Shown: piece by piece, positions 35,801-49,596 of the stretch
Layout: each line of letters begins with the position of its first letter
How positions within the stretch are numbered: the stretch's first letter is position 1
Assembly: GCA_051362555.1 (NCBI GenBank)
Contig: CM120641.1
Location: 3,596,001-3,660,000, forward strand
DNA: 64,000 nt
DNA from: Lingula anatina
Lineage: Eukaryota > Animalia > Brachiopoda
Reading direction: 5' to 3'
Made by a program: the position numbers and the translations under genes
The notes under the pieces: model-generated
The model's database searches: none
What the model saw: only the letters and a program-made list of their open reading frames with translations
What the model was told of the DNA's origin: nothing

Positions 35801-38658
35801 TTTTCTCGCTTTGCCTGTGACATTCATATCATGACTCATGAACAAAAACATATGAGCAACTCCATAGGTCTTTCTTCACGTGAATGGTTACAAGGAAAAA
35901 ACCTACCCTCTGGTAACAGAGACCAATTCAAATACACTACAAAATCACAGAGTCAACATTTTTATAGCAGACCCCTGTGGTCAGAGAGTAGAAAAAACTG
36001 TCAAATGTTATCTAACAGGGTTCACTAATGGATTCTATTTATTTATATGTGAATAAACAACATATTGCTTTGTCTAATTCCCTCACGTGATGTTGGTTTA
36101 TGTTATCCTTGGTGTTCTCTGATCTCATATGAACTCAAACTATGGGAACAAAGGTGATCACTGTCATTCGGCTTAAATAGGACACTCATGAGGTCCGTTT
36201 CACAAGACAATTTTAGTGTGAGAAAGGCACTGTGTCAGAAATTTAACTGGTCGATGCAATAAAAATGATTCGTGTCTGTTTCGGGTTTATCAAGTTTAAG
36301 ATCGAAAGGGAAACTGGTTTGCGGTTTGAAAGCCACTCCCGATCAGGGGAGAGGTTTGATGAAGGTCTGCTCTATCCTACTGGTCTTTTATTTAGCTGTT
36401 ACCAAAGGTATAAAAAAATTTAACGTATTTAATTTTGTAAAGCCATTCCAGCTTACGATGATTCTGAGAAATATTCATTAAGAAATCAAATACGAATTGT
36501 GCTCACAAACTCCAAACGGCGCTCTTATTTGGTATATTAATGAAGACCCAACGAAGACACGTCACCCGCGTCTGTTAAAACGATTGCCTTCGTGTCGGCC
36601 CTTCTCATGTACTGGCACTGCGTCGTTTGCGAAATCTGCCTAATAATAATAATGACAATGACTTAATTCTCATAAAAAGATGTATGTGGTTGACAACAAA
36701 ATAGTAGTTGGAATACACAAGAATATAAAAAATATAAGCACATGCGTGCATAAATACAATAATGTACATTTAATTTAGCCACGAGAGATTAAACCCCACC
36801 ATAATAGTGCGAATGTATCTTCCTTATAGAGTTTTTTTGTTTTGTTTTTTTTTTTTTTGTCGGGTGAATCACACTTACATACATTAAGGGAAGTGGTGTA
36901 GTATCTTAGTATTAAACAAACCCTATAGTCAAAATTTTTCTGTCTTGACATTTAAACAAATGATGAAATGACTAAACAAAAAAGCGTTCAGGCTTATAAA
37001 GGTTGCCTTATCGAAAACAATCTTGAAAGTTCGATACGACACGTCTTCACTGCCGCTGTATGTAAAAGTGGCAGAGGTAGATCAAATGACTTAGAACGTA
37101 GACCCATTGAACAACATACAGGGTAAGCAACCCCTTATGACACGCGTCAAATTCAGTCTTATTTCTTAATAGCTTCGTAGCTAAGACTGATATTGGCCTT
37201 CGACTGAAGATTTTGCAATTCCTTTTGCAATTTTGCTTCTGTTTCATGTCTTATAAACGGAGTAGGCGTTTGCAAATTCGAACCTCAGATTTGTGAGCGT
37301 GCATGCCCAAATTAACGACTCGTGTCAAGTAATATTGTGATGAGGCGATCATAATCAATAGTGATAAATAGCAGGGAAGAACAAGGTAGCTTCATTTAGG
37401 TGACTCTTACGCAATAGCCGGGTTATTAAGTTGTAAATCTCCCTATAATTATTTCGAAGGGGATGTGCGTTGCACATGATGTGTAAGGGGGACTAAATTA
37501 AAGACCTCTTATTATACATTCATGTAATGGTGAACACGCATCTCAGCCCGCAATTATGTAAACAAGAATATCAAAAGAGCACGTATTTTTGCTACTAAAA
37601 GTATTAAACAGCACCGGTTGTTGTTTAGGATTTACAGGTGTTATCAAGGTTGATTTAAAAATCACACTGCTGAGGTGATTGTAAAATATTTTCAAGATAA
37701 AGTTTTACCTCTAGAAAAAATTCATTCATCGAATCGTGTCAAGGGTGGATGCATGTACGACAAATCACATGAAAGACTTAGCTTATAAATCCAGCATTTA
37801 TGCTTCAAAACCAAGATGTTTCCAGTGACCCGTTCAGTGACCCAGGTCACCAGATGGTTTCCCAGTCAATTGCACGGATGAAATAAAAGCAGTTGTATAT
37901 TATACGTAGATGATAGTTAATAAGTATTTCAAGGTGCGAGAAATTATTCATAAAGGTGTTTCTTTCTCGGTTATTTTAAATTACATCAGGATATATAGAG
38001 AGAGTTTGTTCACCGTTTTGAAGTATTTATTACTCAACGAAAAGCAAAGTTTACCATTTTAATGATGTTATATCCTTCTGAAGTCCTGCGTTTATTTCTC
38101 TTTTGTTCATTTTAAATGGAATAGTGAGCTTTTCTCAAGTTATGAATATTAGTAATGACAATATCTGGTTTTCATTTGTAGTGATAATATTTGAGGAAGA
38201 GTTCCATCCTTCATTCAGTGCCAATCAAGATCTGCAGGGGTCGGGTATATATGCTACTCTGGCGTGCGCCATATACACGTGTACTTCCCTGTATTGTGAG
38301 GATAATAATAATAAGGGTGTGACAACCACCGAGAAAAAGCTTTGTCCAATAATACACGTTATATACAAAAAACAGCTTAAGCAACCTGTCTACTTAACTA
38401 TCAGGATTGCTTAAGGTTTGTGATAATATAATGCACACACTCTCTTGTCTTATCTGTATGCCTATTAACCCTCTTCTAGTGCTGCAATGCAAGTAGTGAG
38501 TAAATGATAAAGATTTTCATGGTTAAAACCGAGAAAGTACCAGTAGATAGGGGCCTACGTCCTTTAATAACAAAGCTGAAATTAAACTTAAAATTTCTAC
38601 ACACAACCAAATTATTTGATATTATTATCCAAGTAAATTTTCTAAACCGTATTGGCAA

Positions 38659-38709
<51 letters not shown>

Positions 38710-39276
38710 CGTATTCGTATTTCCATAGCCCAAAAAGAATGAGTTCAGCGTTCAACTTAAAGGTACAATACTCTCCGTATATCATTGCATCTAATTCGCA
38801 TTGACTTAACAAGGGCACAAGTATAAGCTTAATGTAAAAACTCACCTATTCACTAAGATATATGGGATTATTATGGAAATCTGTGCCTGGTTTAATGTCA
38901 ACCTCCTTCATCATGTCACGAAAGGTTACCCCGTGTGTAGACTTTGTTTTATTTTATTACAATGGTTTCATCTGTAGGCCTATTTAAAATCTTTGTGTTT
39001 TGAAACTATACGTGATTACTGCAGATGTGAGGCTTATATACATATTTGACCCCCCCCCCACCGTCTCTCTCCAGGCCTGATTCCTTCAACAGGTGTAGTG
39101 TACATCGAATTCTCACCTGAATTACTGTGTCCGACTTGTTCACTGTGTTCAAGTTCTTCCCGTTTTAAAACTGCACCATTTCCTTTACTCCTGTGACTCC
39201 ATAGAAATATCAGGATGAAGAAGCCAAGCGGTATTAGGAACACGACACGTTTGACAAGGCGGGATATAGAAACCAT
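32817..39276 (-). CDS. Alpha-1,3-fucosyltransferase (GT10), copy 1; exons 39276-39117 and 33886-32817, ~409 aa
   Basis: GT10 motifs YKFYLAFENSISLDYVTEKFY, VAWMVSNC, SRRMDYVKEL, VDIYGACG and WVWVEGESP. Exon 1 encodes a type II TM anchor (RLVKRVVFLIPLGFFILIFLW). Phase-1 tcag|gtgag ... ttccag|ATTTA junction is in frame. An upstream in-frame ATG at 39306 is possible. Confidence 0.92.
34170..35335 (+). mobile_element. Dispersed fragments resembling a non-autonomous Helitron2/Helentron (HINE-like) element
   Basis: ttttgatgaagttttcagggtaggtcagaaatgggccaaggaacaaatgatt...ggtgatacggat (34195-34321) and ccttggcagaggtttgctctctctgagtg (35295-35323) resemble internal and 3' parts of that family as I recall it; includes a ~48-bp tandem duplication at 34183-34281. 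Confidence 0.4.
38658..38709. repeat. (AAAT)n microsatellite
   Basis: Direct reading. Confidence 0.95.
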
Positions 39277-40736
39277 TTCAACTTCTACCTGCCGAGTCAG
39301 CACCATTAAATGATAAAATCGTTCCTCTCCTCGCAATGAAGCGACCCACACGTGTCACCGTTTTAGCTTTCGTGAACGTTAATTTAACTGTGGCCGCGCA
39401 TGTCTCTCTCTGCAAAATTTGCAGAAAGATGGACTGATCAATCAGAAGCCGGAGTGAGGACCATGGCAACGAGTTTGTTGACAGAGTAACATTGACATCG
39501 GTATATTGTGGTAACAGTAGATGTGTATTTCACGATAATTCTGCCGTGTATTCGAGAATGTATTCCATCTGCGTTGACTGAGAGCGCACCTGCTGACTGA
39601 GTGAAGGGGCAACGTGTACTGTTCGGTCGCAGTATGCAAATAAAACCCTCATACACCTAGTTCGCACACAGACGCAGATTGTACTATATTATACAAGCCT
39701 TTGGCGTCAATAGAAATCAATATTTCGCCAAACAGTTGTAATATGTCTTTTGTTCGCCATTGTTATTGTTCGTATTTCACCTTTGGAGGGGTTAGGGGGA
39801 AGCGAAGCGGGCTTGTGCTCTATATAACAGTAGAACGAGTGCATGAAATAATAAGATCAGGAATACCAGGGCCTTTGTTTTTTAAACATGACGAGAAATA
39901 GGGACTTTTTAGTAAATACTCGTGCACAGTATTCACATCTGGCATTAACTAGGCCTTTGCCCTATATATTACACTAGCATTGTCTTTGTCCTTTGTTTTA
40001 TGTGTTATATTTACAAAGGGAGGTGAGGGCAATTTTTGTGCTGTCCACTTTGACAAAATCCTGGATCGGCCATTTTTGATGACAATGTAAAGTACCCAAC
40101 GTGACATGACAACTCACAGAGGAACACGATGGGCGATAAATGTTAGATAATAAATAAACATTGACATCATTATTGTTCACCTATTGTAATAAACTTTGGC
40201 AAATATAATCTGTGCTCCATCAATTTCGAATGTGTTTCAGTCTCATTGTATCGGGTACATGTATACATGTATTGTTTTAGAGGAATCTTAATGTTAAAAA
40301 AAATTGCATAGAAGGTATACAGTATATTCACTGAGCTGTACACATTTGCATGTTTCTGTTTGACGGCCGATTTCAATTAAAAGATGTTTGGATCCATTGG
40401 ACATTCACAGTAAAATCTGGTACACAGCATATCCCCACAAGGTTATGAAGAGGAGTACGACATACATGTATCTCAACTGCCGCAATGGGTACTCTGCAGA
40501 CGAAGAGAAGATTTGTAGATGTTTATTGCGGCAGAGAAGCTGATTATGTGATATTGTGCGAGGCACGTGCAGCGTTGACGTTGAATTGGTTTTGTTGGAG
40601 TCAGATTTGAATGAGAGTTTGCAAACTTTGTGAACAGGCTTACGACGAAGAGTGGGCGGTGGCAAATCCTGTGTTTGGGGCGGAACTCACTTTGGTGCTA
40701 AAATGCCATTGGTAGGCTAGTTCTCGACAGAGACCT

Positions 40737-41647
40737 CCCAGCGGGCAAATTATGTTGTTTTAACGTTGAAACAACGTTGAACCATAACGTTGATAATAAG
40801 TTGGATAAACATTGGATTTGAAAGTTGACTCAACGTCAGATAACAACATTGTATCAACCCCAGTTGTTAGACAACATACTTGCATGAAAAGACATTAAAA
40901 TGACCTGAAATGTTTTTATTTTTGGTACAAAACACAGGTACACAATTATAACGTACACTGTAAAAACATCCAAGTGCCTGCTTTGTCTGATATTTTTAAC
41001 CCATTTAGCTCCTAAGCATGTTTTGCACCTAAGCATGGTACACCCTAAAAACCTGGATGTGTTTAGGACATGTTTGATGGCTAAATATATGTAGGGTATA
41101 TATGTATGGCATTTAAGTTAAAATTTCCTAGGTTTAGATTAATATATATATATAGTTATTTTCTTATATATAACAAAGTCACAGTCACCTCAGCCTGTCT
41201 ATCTATAACAGGGTACCGAGAACTGTCAACTTTATTAACTTCACTCCATCACATTTACAGCAACTTATTCATCCTGGTGTTAGCTGACCTTGCAAGGAAG
41301 TTTATTGGAATGTATTTCTGAATAACAAGTTAAGAAAATTCACTAGTTCACTAAACACACAAAACAAAACTTTTACTTTAAAACACTTTTTTATTATTTT
41401 GATAAAGTTAGTTACAGTATTGATAAACAAAGTATCACGCTTTCAATAATTAATATTTTAAATTACAATCCATGTCTGCAAGGTTGTGTCAATGACCAAA
41501 ATATAATGTTGAGGCAACGTCACATTATGACGGTGTTTTGACGTGGCTGGATCAACGTTGATTTTACGTTGAATTTAGGTAGATCAACGGCAATTCAACG
41601 TATCAACCTATTTTCAACGTTGATCCAACGCGACTATGCCTGCTGGG
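40737..41647. mobile_element. Non-autonomous CMC/EnSpm-like element, 911 bp
   Basis: CT|CCCAGCGGGCA...TGCCTGCTGGG|CT: TIR plus 2-bp TSD; subterminal (C)AACGTTG repeats; second copy at 51756-52174. Confidence 0.82.
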
Positions 41648-43033
41648 CTGAACCACGTCTAATACAGGGATATTCTGGAAACCACCTCCCCCCCTCTCAC
41701 CCCCCCTCCCCACATTTTGCTAGAGGGTATCACAGGAACAATTGTTAGGCCACACTTTTTTATTTTTATGGATGACATCCTCTGGGTACCCCAAAATCGG
41801 TGCGAGAGGGCGAAAAAAAAAAGTCAAAAAAAAAAACTGCTTAAGTAAAGGAATGCTGTCAGTACACAGCTGGAAACACAAATTTAACCACAGAAACACG
41901 TATCAAACTAACAATATGTCTTTATCCATGCTCTTAAAACATTAAAGCATTGTGAATACTTCGTAGAAATGTAAAAAAAAGTCATGAATTGATATACTTC
42001 ATATTACCAAATCTATTTAAGGTTATTTCATGCATTCATTTGGTATAGCAATCAATAAAACAAATATCAATCAAACAGTGTGTCTTTATTTGTATTATCA
42101 GAATATTAAAACATTTTGAACACTTCACAGAAATGTTTAAAAAATGATGCAAAGATATGCTTAATACTACCAAATCTATTAAAGGTCATTTCAGACGATG
42201 CCATTTTGTCAACTTCAACTCACACGAAGCAGCTAAACTGTCAGGTGGCCTGTCCGACCTTCAGCCCACCAAATACCTCGACGCCCTTGTCGACCCTTTT
42301 TTCGCTACAGAAAACCTGGTATTAATGTGCTGCTTTATACAGAATGTCACAGAAATGTTTCGGCCGCCGCCAGCCTTTCGCACAATTGTAAAAAGGTGAT
42401 ATCTCCATGCCCAATATCAATGGCATACCAATCCAAAACGATGGCGCCCGTTCTCTTTATGACTTTTATTGTTGTGTAATTTGAAAGTAATCCTAGAGAT
42501 GAATTTGACAGCAAAGTGGCCGCATTTCCACGTGGCGAAAATACGCATGCGCAGAAAGCTCATTTCCTTACAAATTCAATAACAACGTTTGCGACAACTG
42601 AATTCGTTGGGGGCTGGGGGGGGGGGCTTTTTTTTTTTTGGAGAACGGGCGAAAATCTTTGCGCGCACAGGATGTCATCCATAAAATTAAAAAAGTGTGG
42701 CCTTATTGCAGATAACTTGCAGAATTATGGGAATAAGTAGCTAACGTGGCAAACAAATTCGCCAAACATGAACCTTACAGAGGATCCGAGGGCACTGATT
42801 TCTCGCCAAATAAACCATCTACTGGTCTTACGACAAATCTAGCAATTTTATCCCAGGTTCTATATGAACAATTATAATAATTATTTGTTTGTTATAATTC
42901 AAACGCAACAGAGTTTCTATTAATGACAAAGTCATATCAAGATAACACGTTTCCATTTAGTGTTATATCTATCCGTTTGTGCCTTGGAGAGTCAACAACA
43001 AAAAGTTCAATACGTCTTTTTTTTCTCTTGCAG

Positions 43034-43085
43034 AGTCCACATGAAAAAGCAGGTGCCTTCGAAGACAAGAAATACAGCGTACGTG
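43034..43085 (+). pseudogene. Internally deleted copy of the ankyrin terminal exon
   Basis: ttctcttgcagAGTCCACATGAAAAAGCAGGTGC matches 28673-28706; about 100 nt is missing relative to the 49334 copy. Confidence 0.85.
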
Positions 43086-43088
43086 TAA

Positions 43089-43303
43089 GGCTGTATTCCC
43101 AGAGCTTTTAGATCGATCTATCCCCGTAGGGACTCTCACTAGATTACTGTCAGATAATCCGGCTTAAATGTCCGTCCCGCCTACTACAAGCTTTAAGGGG
43201 GTAATTAACTTTCGTGTCCGCTCGGCTGACAGCTATTTAGCTTGAACCCCCAGGGAGTTAGGTCGATCTAAAGTAGATCGATCTAATCTCTGGAAATGGG
43301 GTC
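43089..43303. mobile_element. Tourist/PIF-Harbinger-like MITE, 215 bp, TAA TSD
   Basis: gtgTAA[ggctgtattcccagag...ctctggaaatggggtc]TAAgtcc; the empty site gtgTAAgtcc is seen in the paralogous segment at 49481-49490; a related fragment lies at ~46095-46180. Confidence 0.85.
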
Positions 43304-43339
43304 TAAGTCCTTGTTAAGTATTTGATCGCTCTTCGTGTG

Positions 43340-46300
43340 TTATATATCTGTTGGAGGGAGACAATGTTCTTTCCAGAAAAATGCATTTAATTCATCCCAG
43401 CTGTAAGATTTGGGCGGCTCCTCTTGAAAGTGCAGGCGTTCACAGAGGTGACAGAAAGCACGGTCTGGAAGCTGACGATACTCGTTCTTCCACTCAAGAT
43501 ATTTGACGTATTTTTCTGGATTCTTATCAAGCATGTGTAAATATTCAGCTAATTCTTTAGGTGAGTTGAAGTCATCGGTGTTGATATGCCATTCAGGACG
43601 GATTCCTGCTCGAGTGTAGTCTGTATTCCCGCGAGTAACGGCTACAATATCTATGTTCACGGTTTTATAGAACTTTTCGGTCACGTAATCTAGAGATATG
43701 CTATTTTCGAACGCTAAATAAAATTTGTAGTCTCTCGCTAAGAGGTCCAAACACGTGGTCTCCCACCCCCAACTACCAGACCGTTCACATTTCAGGGGAC
43801 CACACGCTCCATATATATCCACTTCTATGTATTTCTGGAGTTCTTTTACATAGTCCATGCGACGTGAAGTTGTTCTGCAGTTGGATACCATCCATGCCAC
43901 CAGTTTCTTTTTTGATTTAGTAATACTAAGGTAATCTTTTTTGATAGGAGTGTCTCTCTTGGCTATCTCTGTATACGGTAACAAGACGTCTGCATCTGCA
44001 CGGTAAACCATCGTCCAGTTGAAGAGTCCGTCCCATGATTTGTCAAGTTGGGAGTAGCAGGGGCTCTCCCCCATCACCCAAACCCACCGCTGGCTAGGGT
44101 GACGGTACGTTGGACCTGTCTTTGGGGTGGATTGCCCATTTAGAAAAAATACCAAGTCTGCTTGTTTCACCAAACTCCGGTCTTTTGTAAGTCTGCACGC
44201 TTTCACTGGACAGTGCCTCACCTCCATTAAGTCGTAGAACTTTGATTCAAGAGGATTCCAATTCCAGTCCCAGAATAACAGCGTTTTGTTCTTTAGTTTT
44301 GACAGTGTTAGTTCATCGTATTTCCATGGAAGGGTCTCTGGATAGATGGGTATTTGGGCTGGGGAGTGGAAACCAGTCTTTTGCCTGTTTGGACGCCTCG
44401 ATAAATCTGGAAAACAACGAAGTACACATGAATGTCTATTAAGCCTTAAATAAAAAATTGACCAATACTTGAACCGCTCTAACCTCTGCCCTGAGCATAT
44501 ATTTTCTGCAATTCCTTATTTTGCATTCAGGTGATTTTCAAGTTAGATACCATTCTACGAAAGTTTTGCTTCTGCACCCTTCAATTATACAGATTTTTTA
44601 TTATGCAAAAAACTGTTATTAATTTCATCTTTTCTTAAATTGATACAGTGTACAGCTTCTAATTTTCCCAATGGAGCCTCCCCTATTGCCTTCTGTGAAG
44701 CCTTTCTTTTTGGAATTCAGCTCATCTCGTCTAAAACAGATTGCATTCTATTCATTAGACCTCGATACGCTTCGTGTAAGCATTTCACTTCACCCTTTTT
44801 CACTTCAAACTCCTATTTCGCCTTTGATATATATCTGGTGGTTAAACAGTGGGTAACCTTGGGTATTTTGAGAAAATCTAAGATGACCGCAATTTGCCAT
44901 CAGCTATGGGGTTTTAATGCTGTCAGGCAGATACAGTGTCCATTGTCAAATTAAAGCAATAATACATGTAACTCTTCCGTTGAGATTCAAAATTCCGCAA
45001 GAAATACATTGTAAACAACGCAAGGAAATATATTCTATTGTATTTTACCACTAAAACGGCCGTTATTGTAGTAAAACTAAAATCTGTGCTTGTCAATAGG
45101 GCTTTCGATGCCTTTCTTCCCGGTCGTCAAGGCATCCGTTGCTAATTACGTAAGGGTGTCACGCGGATTCTCGCGTTCATTCGAGACCAAAATAACATGG
45201 CGGGAAACGCGTTGATGCAGACGCAGACGTAAGTTGCGAGTTTTTGTACAGTGCGTCGGATAACGAAAAGCCCAGAATGGCACACATTGTGGATATAAAT
45301 GCATTTTTAACAAAAAGACGAATATATATATCTCATGAATCTTAATTATATTATTGAATTTGTTATATAGTGTTGTTGTTTTCTGCTTTTCCCGCGGTTT
45401 TAAGTAGGTCACCAGTGACTATGCAATGTCAGAGAGTGCTCCGTCAGTTAAAATCTCTTTTAAAGTTGACCCTTTCCATAACTTTTTATGACCAAAGTTG
45501 GTTACATATCTTGGCTGTTTTACTTTCTAATATTTAGATAGGTGAGCACTGATTTTTAACGTCTGGGTAATTTGTCTGTATAATTTAAACGGACATTATG
45601 TTATTGTTAAATATTACCCACCCTAAATAGAAATTAAAAACTCTGCATTAAGGGGCAATGCTCTTATATCATTTTAATATTAAAATACATAAAGTAATAC
45701 AACTAATCATTTTCTTTTTATTTGATTTTAAGGATGCTGAACCTAGTACACTTCCCGTTTTCAAGGTGTGTGTCAGATCGCATTTCGGAGTATCAGTCAG
45801 AACACCGACAGGATGAGCCCGCGGTCGTCCTACAAAATTTGTTCTGGGGTATGATACTCCGAAATGCGATATGACACACACCTTGAAAACGGGTAGTGTG
45901 GTACGATATACCGGTTAATTCAGGATCCTTATGTGCCGAGTCTGGTAGTTGGGTAGGCCTGATATAGTCGCAATTTTTTTTTACTTTTTCTGAATCTCTG
46001 TTGACAGTTCCTTTCGATAAATATGGCTTTTTTAAAATAAATCAATGAAATCCAAGGAAACGCGCTTGATACCAACTAGATTTACATGTATGTTAAGCTG
46101 ACAGTTATCTAGTGAGACTCCCCACAGGGATAGATCGATCTAAAATCTATGGAAATGGGGTCTAAATCTCTGGGAAAGCACACTTTGTTAAGGCGATGTA
46201 TTCAATTTATTTGATAGATGCATTTTAAAGCTTATCGGTTTCCTTTCGAAGCACTGCATGGCAAGGATATCAGGGGCCTGGATTTGCATCTTATTCAAGG

Positions 46301-47148
46301 TGTTCTTTGGCCAATTTTCTTTAATTTTCTTCTCAATATCAGATCTGAATAAAACTTGTCAGTTTTGAAGAAGGCGTGACCTGGTCTCAGTTCATACGAT
46401 TTGATGACGTTAAATAATTATATTTTTAATATTGTCGAATTTAGGATTTACAATGTTAATTTTTCAAGCCTTTTTCAAACCAGACATTTTACATACAGAC
46501 AGTAAACATGATCCTTAGGAAAATCTAACTAAAAATTTGGCTATTAATATACTTGCGAATTTCTTTTGCATTTAATGACTGTATGTCACAGGCAAGATTG
46601 AAATTTCAGCGACATATGTAAAAACAGTTAACAAATGAATAACATATTTGGAATTTTCATAGCTAATTGCAAACAAGAATGCGTTCAGGAGTAAACTTTC
46701 ATGTAATACGCTATCCGGGCATCATTGTATATACTTTTTCATGCCTTATAGTGACACGATATGTGATAGTGGCATTATATATTTTTGATTCATATGGAAA
46801 TCCGACCTACTTTAACGTCAACCACCTTGATTCTCGAACTATTACTTGGTGTGTAGACCTTTTTTGCGCTGTATAATGTTGTATTTTACCCGTACTTTAT
46901 TTAAAGCTTTGTTTTGAAAACTGTACGTGATTACTGCAGATGTGAGGTTTATACATAATATACACCCCCCTCCCCCCCCGGCTCTCTTCAGCCTGATTTC
47001 TTCAACGTAGAGAGTGTATGGTATTCTCACCTGAGATACTGTTCACTGTGTCAACTTGTTCACTGTGACTCCATAAAAATATCACGATGACGAAGCCAAG
47101 CGGTATTAGGACCAGGGCACGTTTGACAAGGCGCAATAAAGAAATCAT
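43340..47148 (-). CDS. Alpha-1,3-fucosyltransferase (GT10), copy 2; exons 47148-47031 and 44406-43340, ~394 aa
   Basis: Same GT10 motifs; frame is open from the acceptor at 44406; exon 1 reads MISLLRLVKRALVLIPLGFVIVIFLWSHSEQVDTVNSIS(G) with an intact gtgag donor. Confidence 0.88.
45748..45899. mobile_element. Small hairpin MITE (~150 bp, ~48-bp TIRs)
   Basis: ACACTTCCCGTTTTCAAGGTGTGTGTCAGATCGCATTTCGGAGTATCA / TGATACTCCGAAATGCGATATGACACACACCTTGAAAACGGGTAGTGT. Confidence 0.8.
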
Positions 47149-49333
47149 TTTGAACTTCTTCCCTTCAACGAAGGCGAGTCAGCACCCAGCCCTTCTTCTC
47201 GCAATGAAGTGACCTCTATTGGTGTATGTGTCAACGTTAAAGCTTTTGTGTATGTAAATGTCAAAGGTCCGGATCAAATCTAGTCCCATGCATAAAAAGC
47301 CCAGGCCCCATGTTTATTACGCCCTGGCTGGGCCCATTCTTTATGGTGTCTCTGGATTGTTAACAGCATAATGGGCAAGTTAAGTGTCCAAGTTGCCAAT
47401 TTGTTTGTATGGCATGTGCAGGGGATGTCTTAGATCAAGGCACAAATGAAGCCCATCTTTAATTTAACATATATTTAGTAAATGTTACTAAATCAATCTT
47501 CATGTCTTTTCTTTAAACATTAAACATCTTTAAAAGTATCATCCTCTGATGTATTTTACAAATCACAGGTAATGAAATACAAGTATATCTCATTTGCCAC
47601 ACCTATAAGTATCATAATATGTACCTTGATCTAAGACAGCTCACAGCTCAGCTTTCACGCACTCGAACAGAACGAGTAATGGCTACCACTTCTTACATCT
47701 TTTCTGTTTGGTACAATATTGTAACAGGAAATCTAGATTTACGTTTGAATATATGTGCTAACAATGTCGGAAGACAACATGTGGGGAAACGTCGGTACTT
47801 TCACTTTCGACAACTACTGTAGTCAGATCGATCTTTCTTTTTTCAAGTAGACCTTCGCCCTTTATATTACACCAGCATTTTCCTCGTCTTCTGTTTTATG
47901 TGTTACATTTACAAAGGGAAGTGAGGGATATTTTTGTGCCGTCCACTTTGGCAAAATCCTGAATCCGCCATCGTTAACTGCCATTTTTGATGACAGTGCA
48001 AAGCTCTCAACGTGGTATGACAACTCATAGAGGAACACGATGGGCGACAAATATAAGATAATAAAAAATTATTGACATCAATATACTTCTGTTATTGTAA
48101 TAAACGTTTGTATATATTACCTGAGCTCCATCATTTTCGAATGTTTTAAGTTTTAATGTATCGGATATGCATGTATTGCTTTAGAGGAATCAAAATGTTT
48201 AAAAAATAACGAATCCCATATCTGGATACACAATGGAAGAACATATCACGATATCGATCAAGGTACCGTGAAATGTGTTGCTTAAAACTCAGTTGAAATT
48301 TCGCCCAAAATTTCATAAAAATTCAAAGTACAGTATACATCGCGCTTTCCCATGCCCCACCCCTCAGTAGGTATACAGTGTAGGCATTTAGCTTTACACA
48401 TTTGCAAGTTTCTGTTTGACGGCTGATTTCAAGTAAAAGATAATTTGATCCATTGGACATTTGCATTAAAATCTATATTCCCTCGAGGTTATGAAGAGGA
48501 GTATGACATACATGTATCTCAACTGCCGCAATGGGTACTCCGCAGACGAAGAGAAATTGAAGATATTTTAATCAAAATTGCGGCAGAGAAACTAATTATG
48601 TAATATGGCGCGAGGCACGTACAGTGTTGACGTTGAATTGGGATATTTCAGTTTAAAATGTATGTCTGAGTAAAACATGTTTTGTTTTCCAAAAAAAACT
48701 TATGTCTCGTGCGAGATATGTGAATAGAGAAATATGAGGTCAGGTAAGTTAGAACCGACCAACCGGTTGCCCTGTTTTAGCACTGCTGTACTAGTAGTCT
48801 AGATGATTGGTGCTATATCAATTAATTGCTCAGAATGTGGAAAAAGCATGAAACTTAGCACAAATGTTCTTTGGACTATGCTGATCATTTTCAAGTAGGG
48901 TTATTCTGGAAACCACCTGCCCCAATTTTGCTAGAGGGTACCTCAGGAACAAATTTTATTTTAAAAGATGACATAGTACTTACTATTGCAGATTAGTTAC
49001 AGAATTAAGGGAATGAGCGCTGCAGCTACCGTAGCAAACAAATTCGCCAAATATGAACCTTACAGAGGATCCGAGGGCACTGATTTCTCGCCAAATAAAC
49101 CATCTACTGGTCTTACGACAAATCTAGTACATACAATTTTATCCCAGGTTTTATATGAACAATTATAATTAGTTGTGACTTGAACAAGTGTTATAAATCA
49201 AACGCAACAGAGTTTCTATTAATGACAAAGTCATATCAAGATAATACGTTTCCATTTAGTGTTATATCTATCTGTTTGTGCCTTGGAGAGTCAACAACAA
49301 AAAGTTCAATACGTCTTTTTTTTTCTCTTGCAG

Positions 49334-49480
49334 AGTCCACATGAAAAATCAGGTGCCTTCCGAGACAGTACAACAGTCAGATGGACAACAATGAAACCAC
49401 AGTGACGGAGAAAACAGAGGTCACCCAGGACAATAGTCTGAAAGATGCACCTGAAGACATTCGCAAGAAATACAGCGTGC
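49334..49480 (+). pseudogene. Decayed copy of the ankyrin terminal exon
   Basis: Aligns by eye with 28684-28830; acceptor intact; caacaacaaacc has become caacaatgaaacc (+1 nt and an in-frame TGA). Confidence 0.9.
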
Positions 49481-49596
49481 GTGTAAGTCCTAGTGAGGCA
49501 ATTTAAAGATAAAAAAAGCGAAAATCAGTTTGTGTAATATAAGCACCCAAGTGACGCGTGGAAAGGTTTGTTAATTATTTGATCGCTCTTCGTGTG

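Noticed and set aside
35552-36028. 158-aa + strand ORF in the FucT1 intron
   Set aside because: Non-ATG start, no recognisable domain or splice context.
44560-44900. Minus-strand stretch that reads like decayed coding sequence
   Set aside because: Multiple stops and no family I can recognise; BLASTX would be needed.
46230-46410. Minus-strand ELRPGHAFFKTD...SDIEKKIKRK, faintly like a Sola-type transposase motif
   Set aside because: Short, frameshifted and without TIRs; too weak to call.
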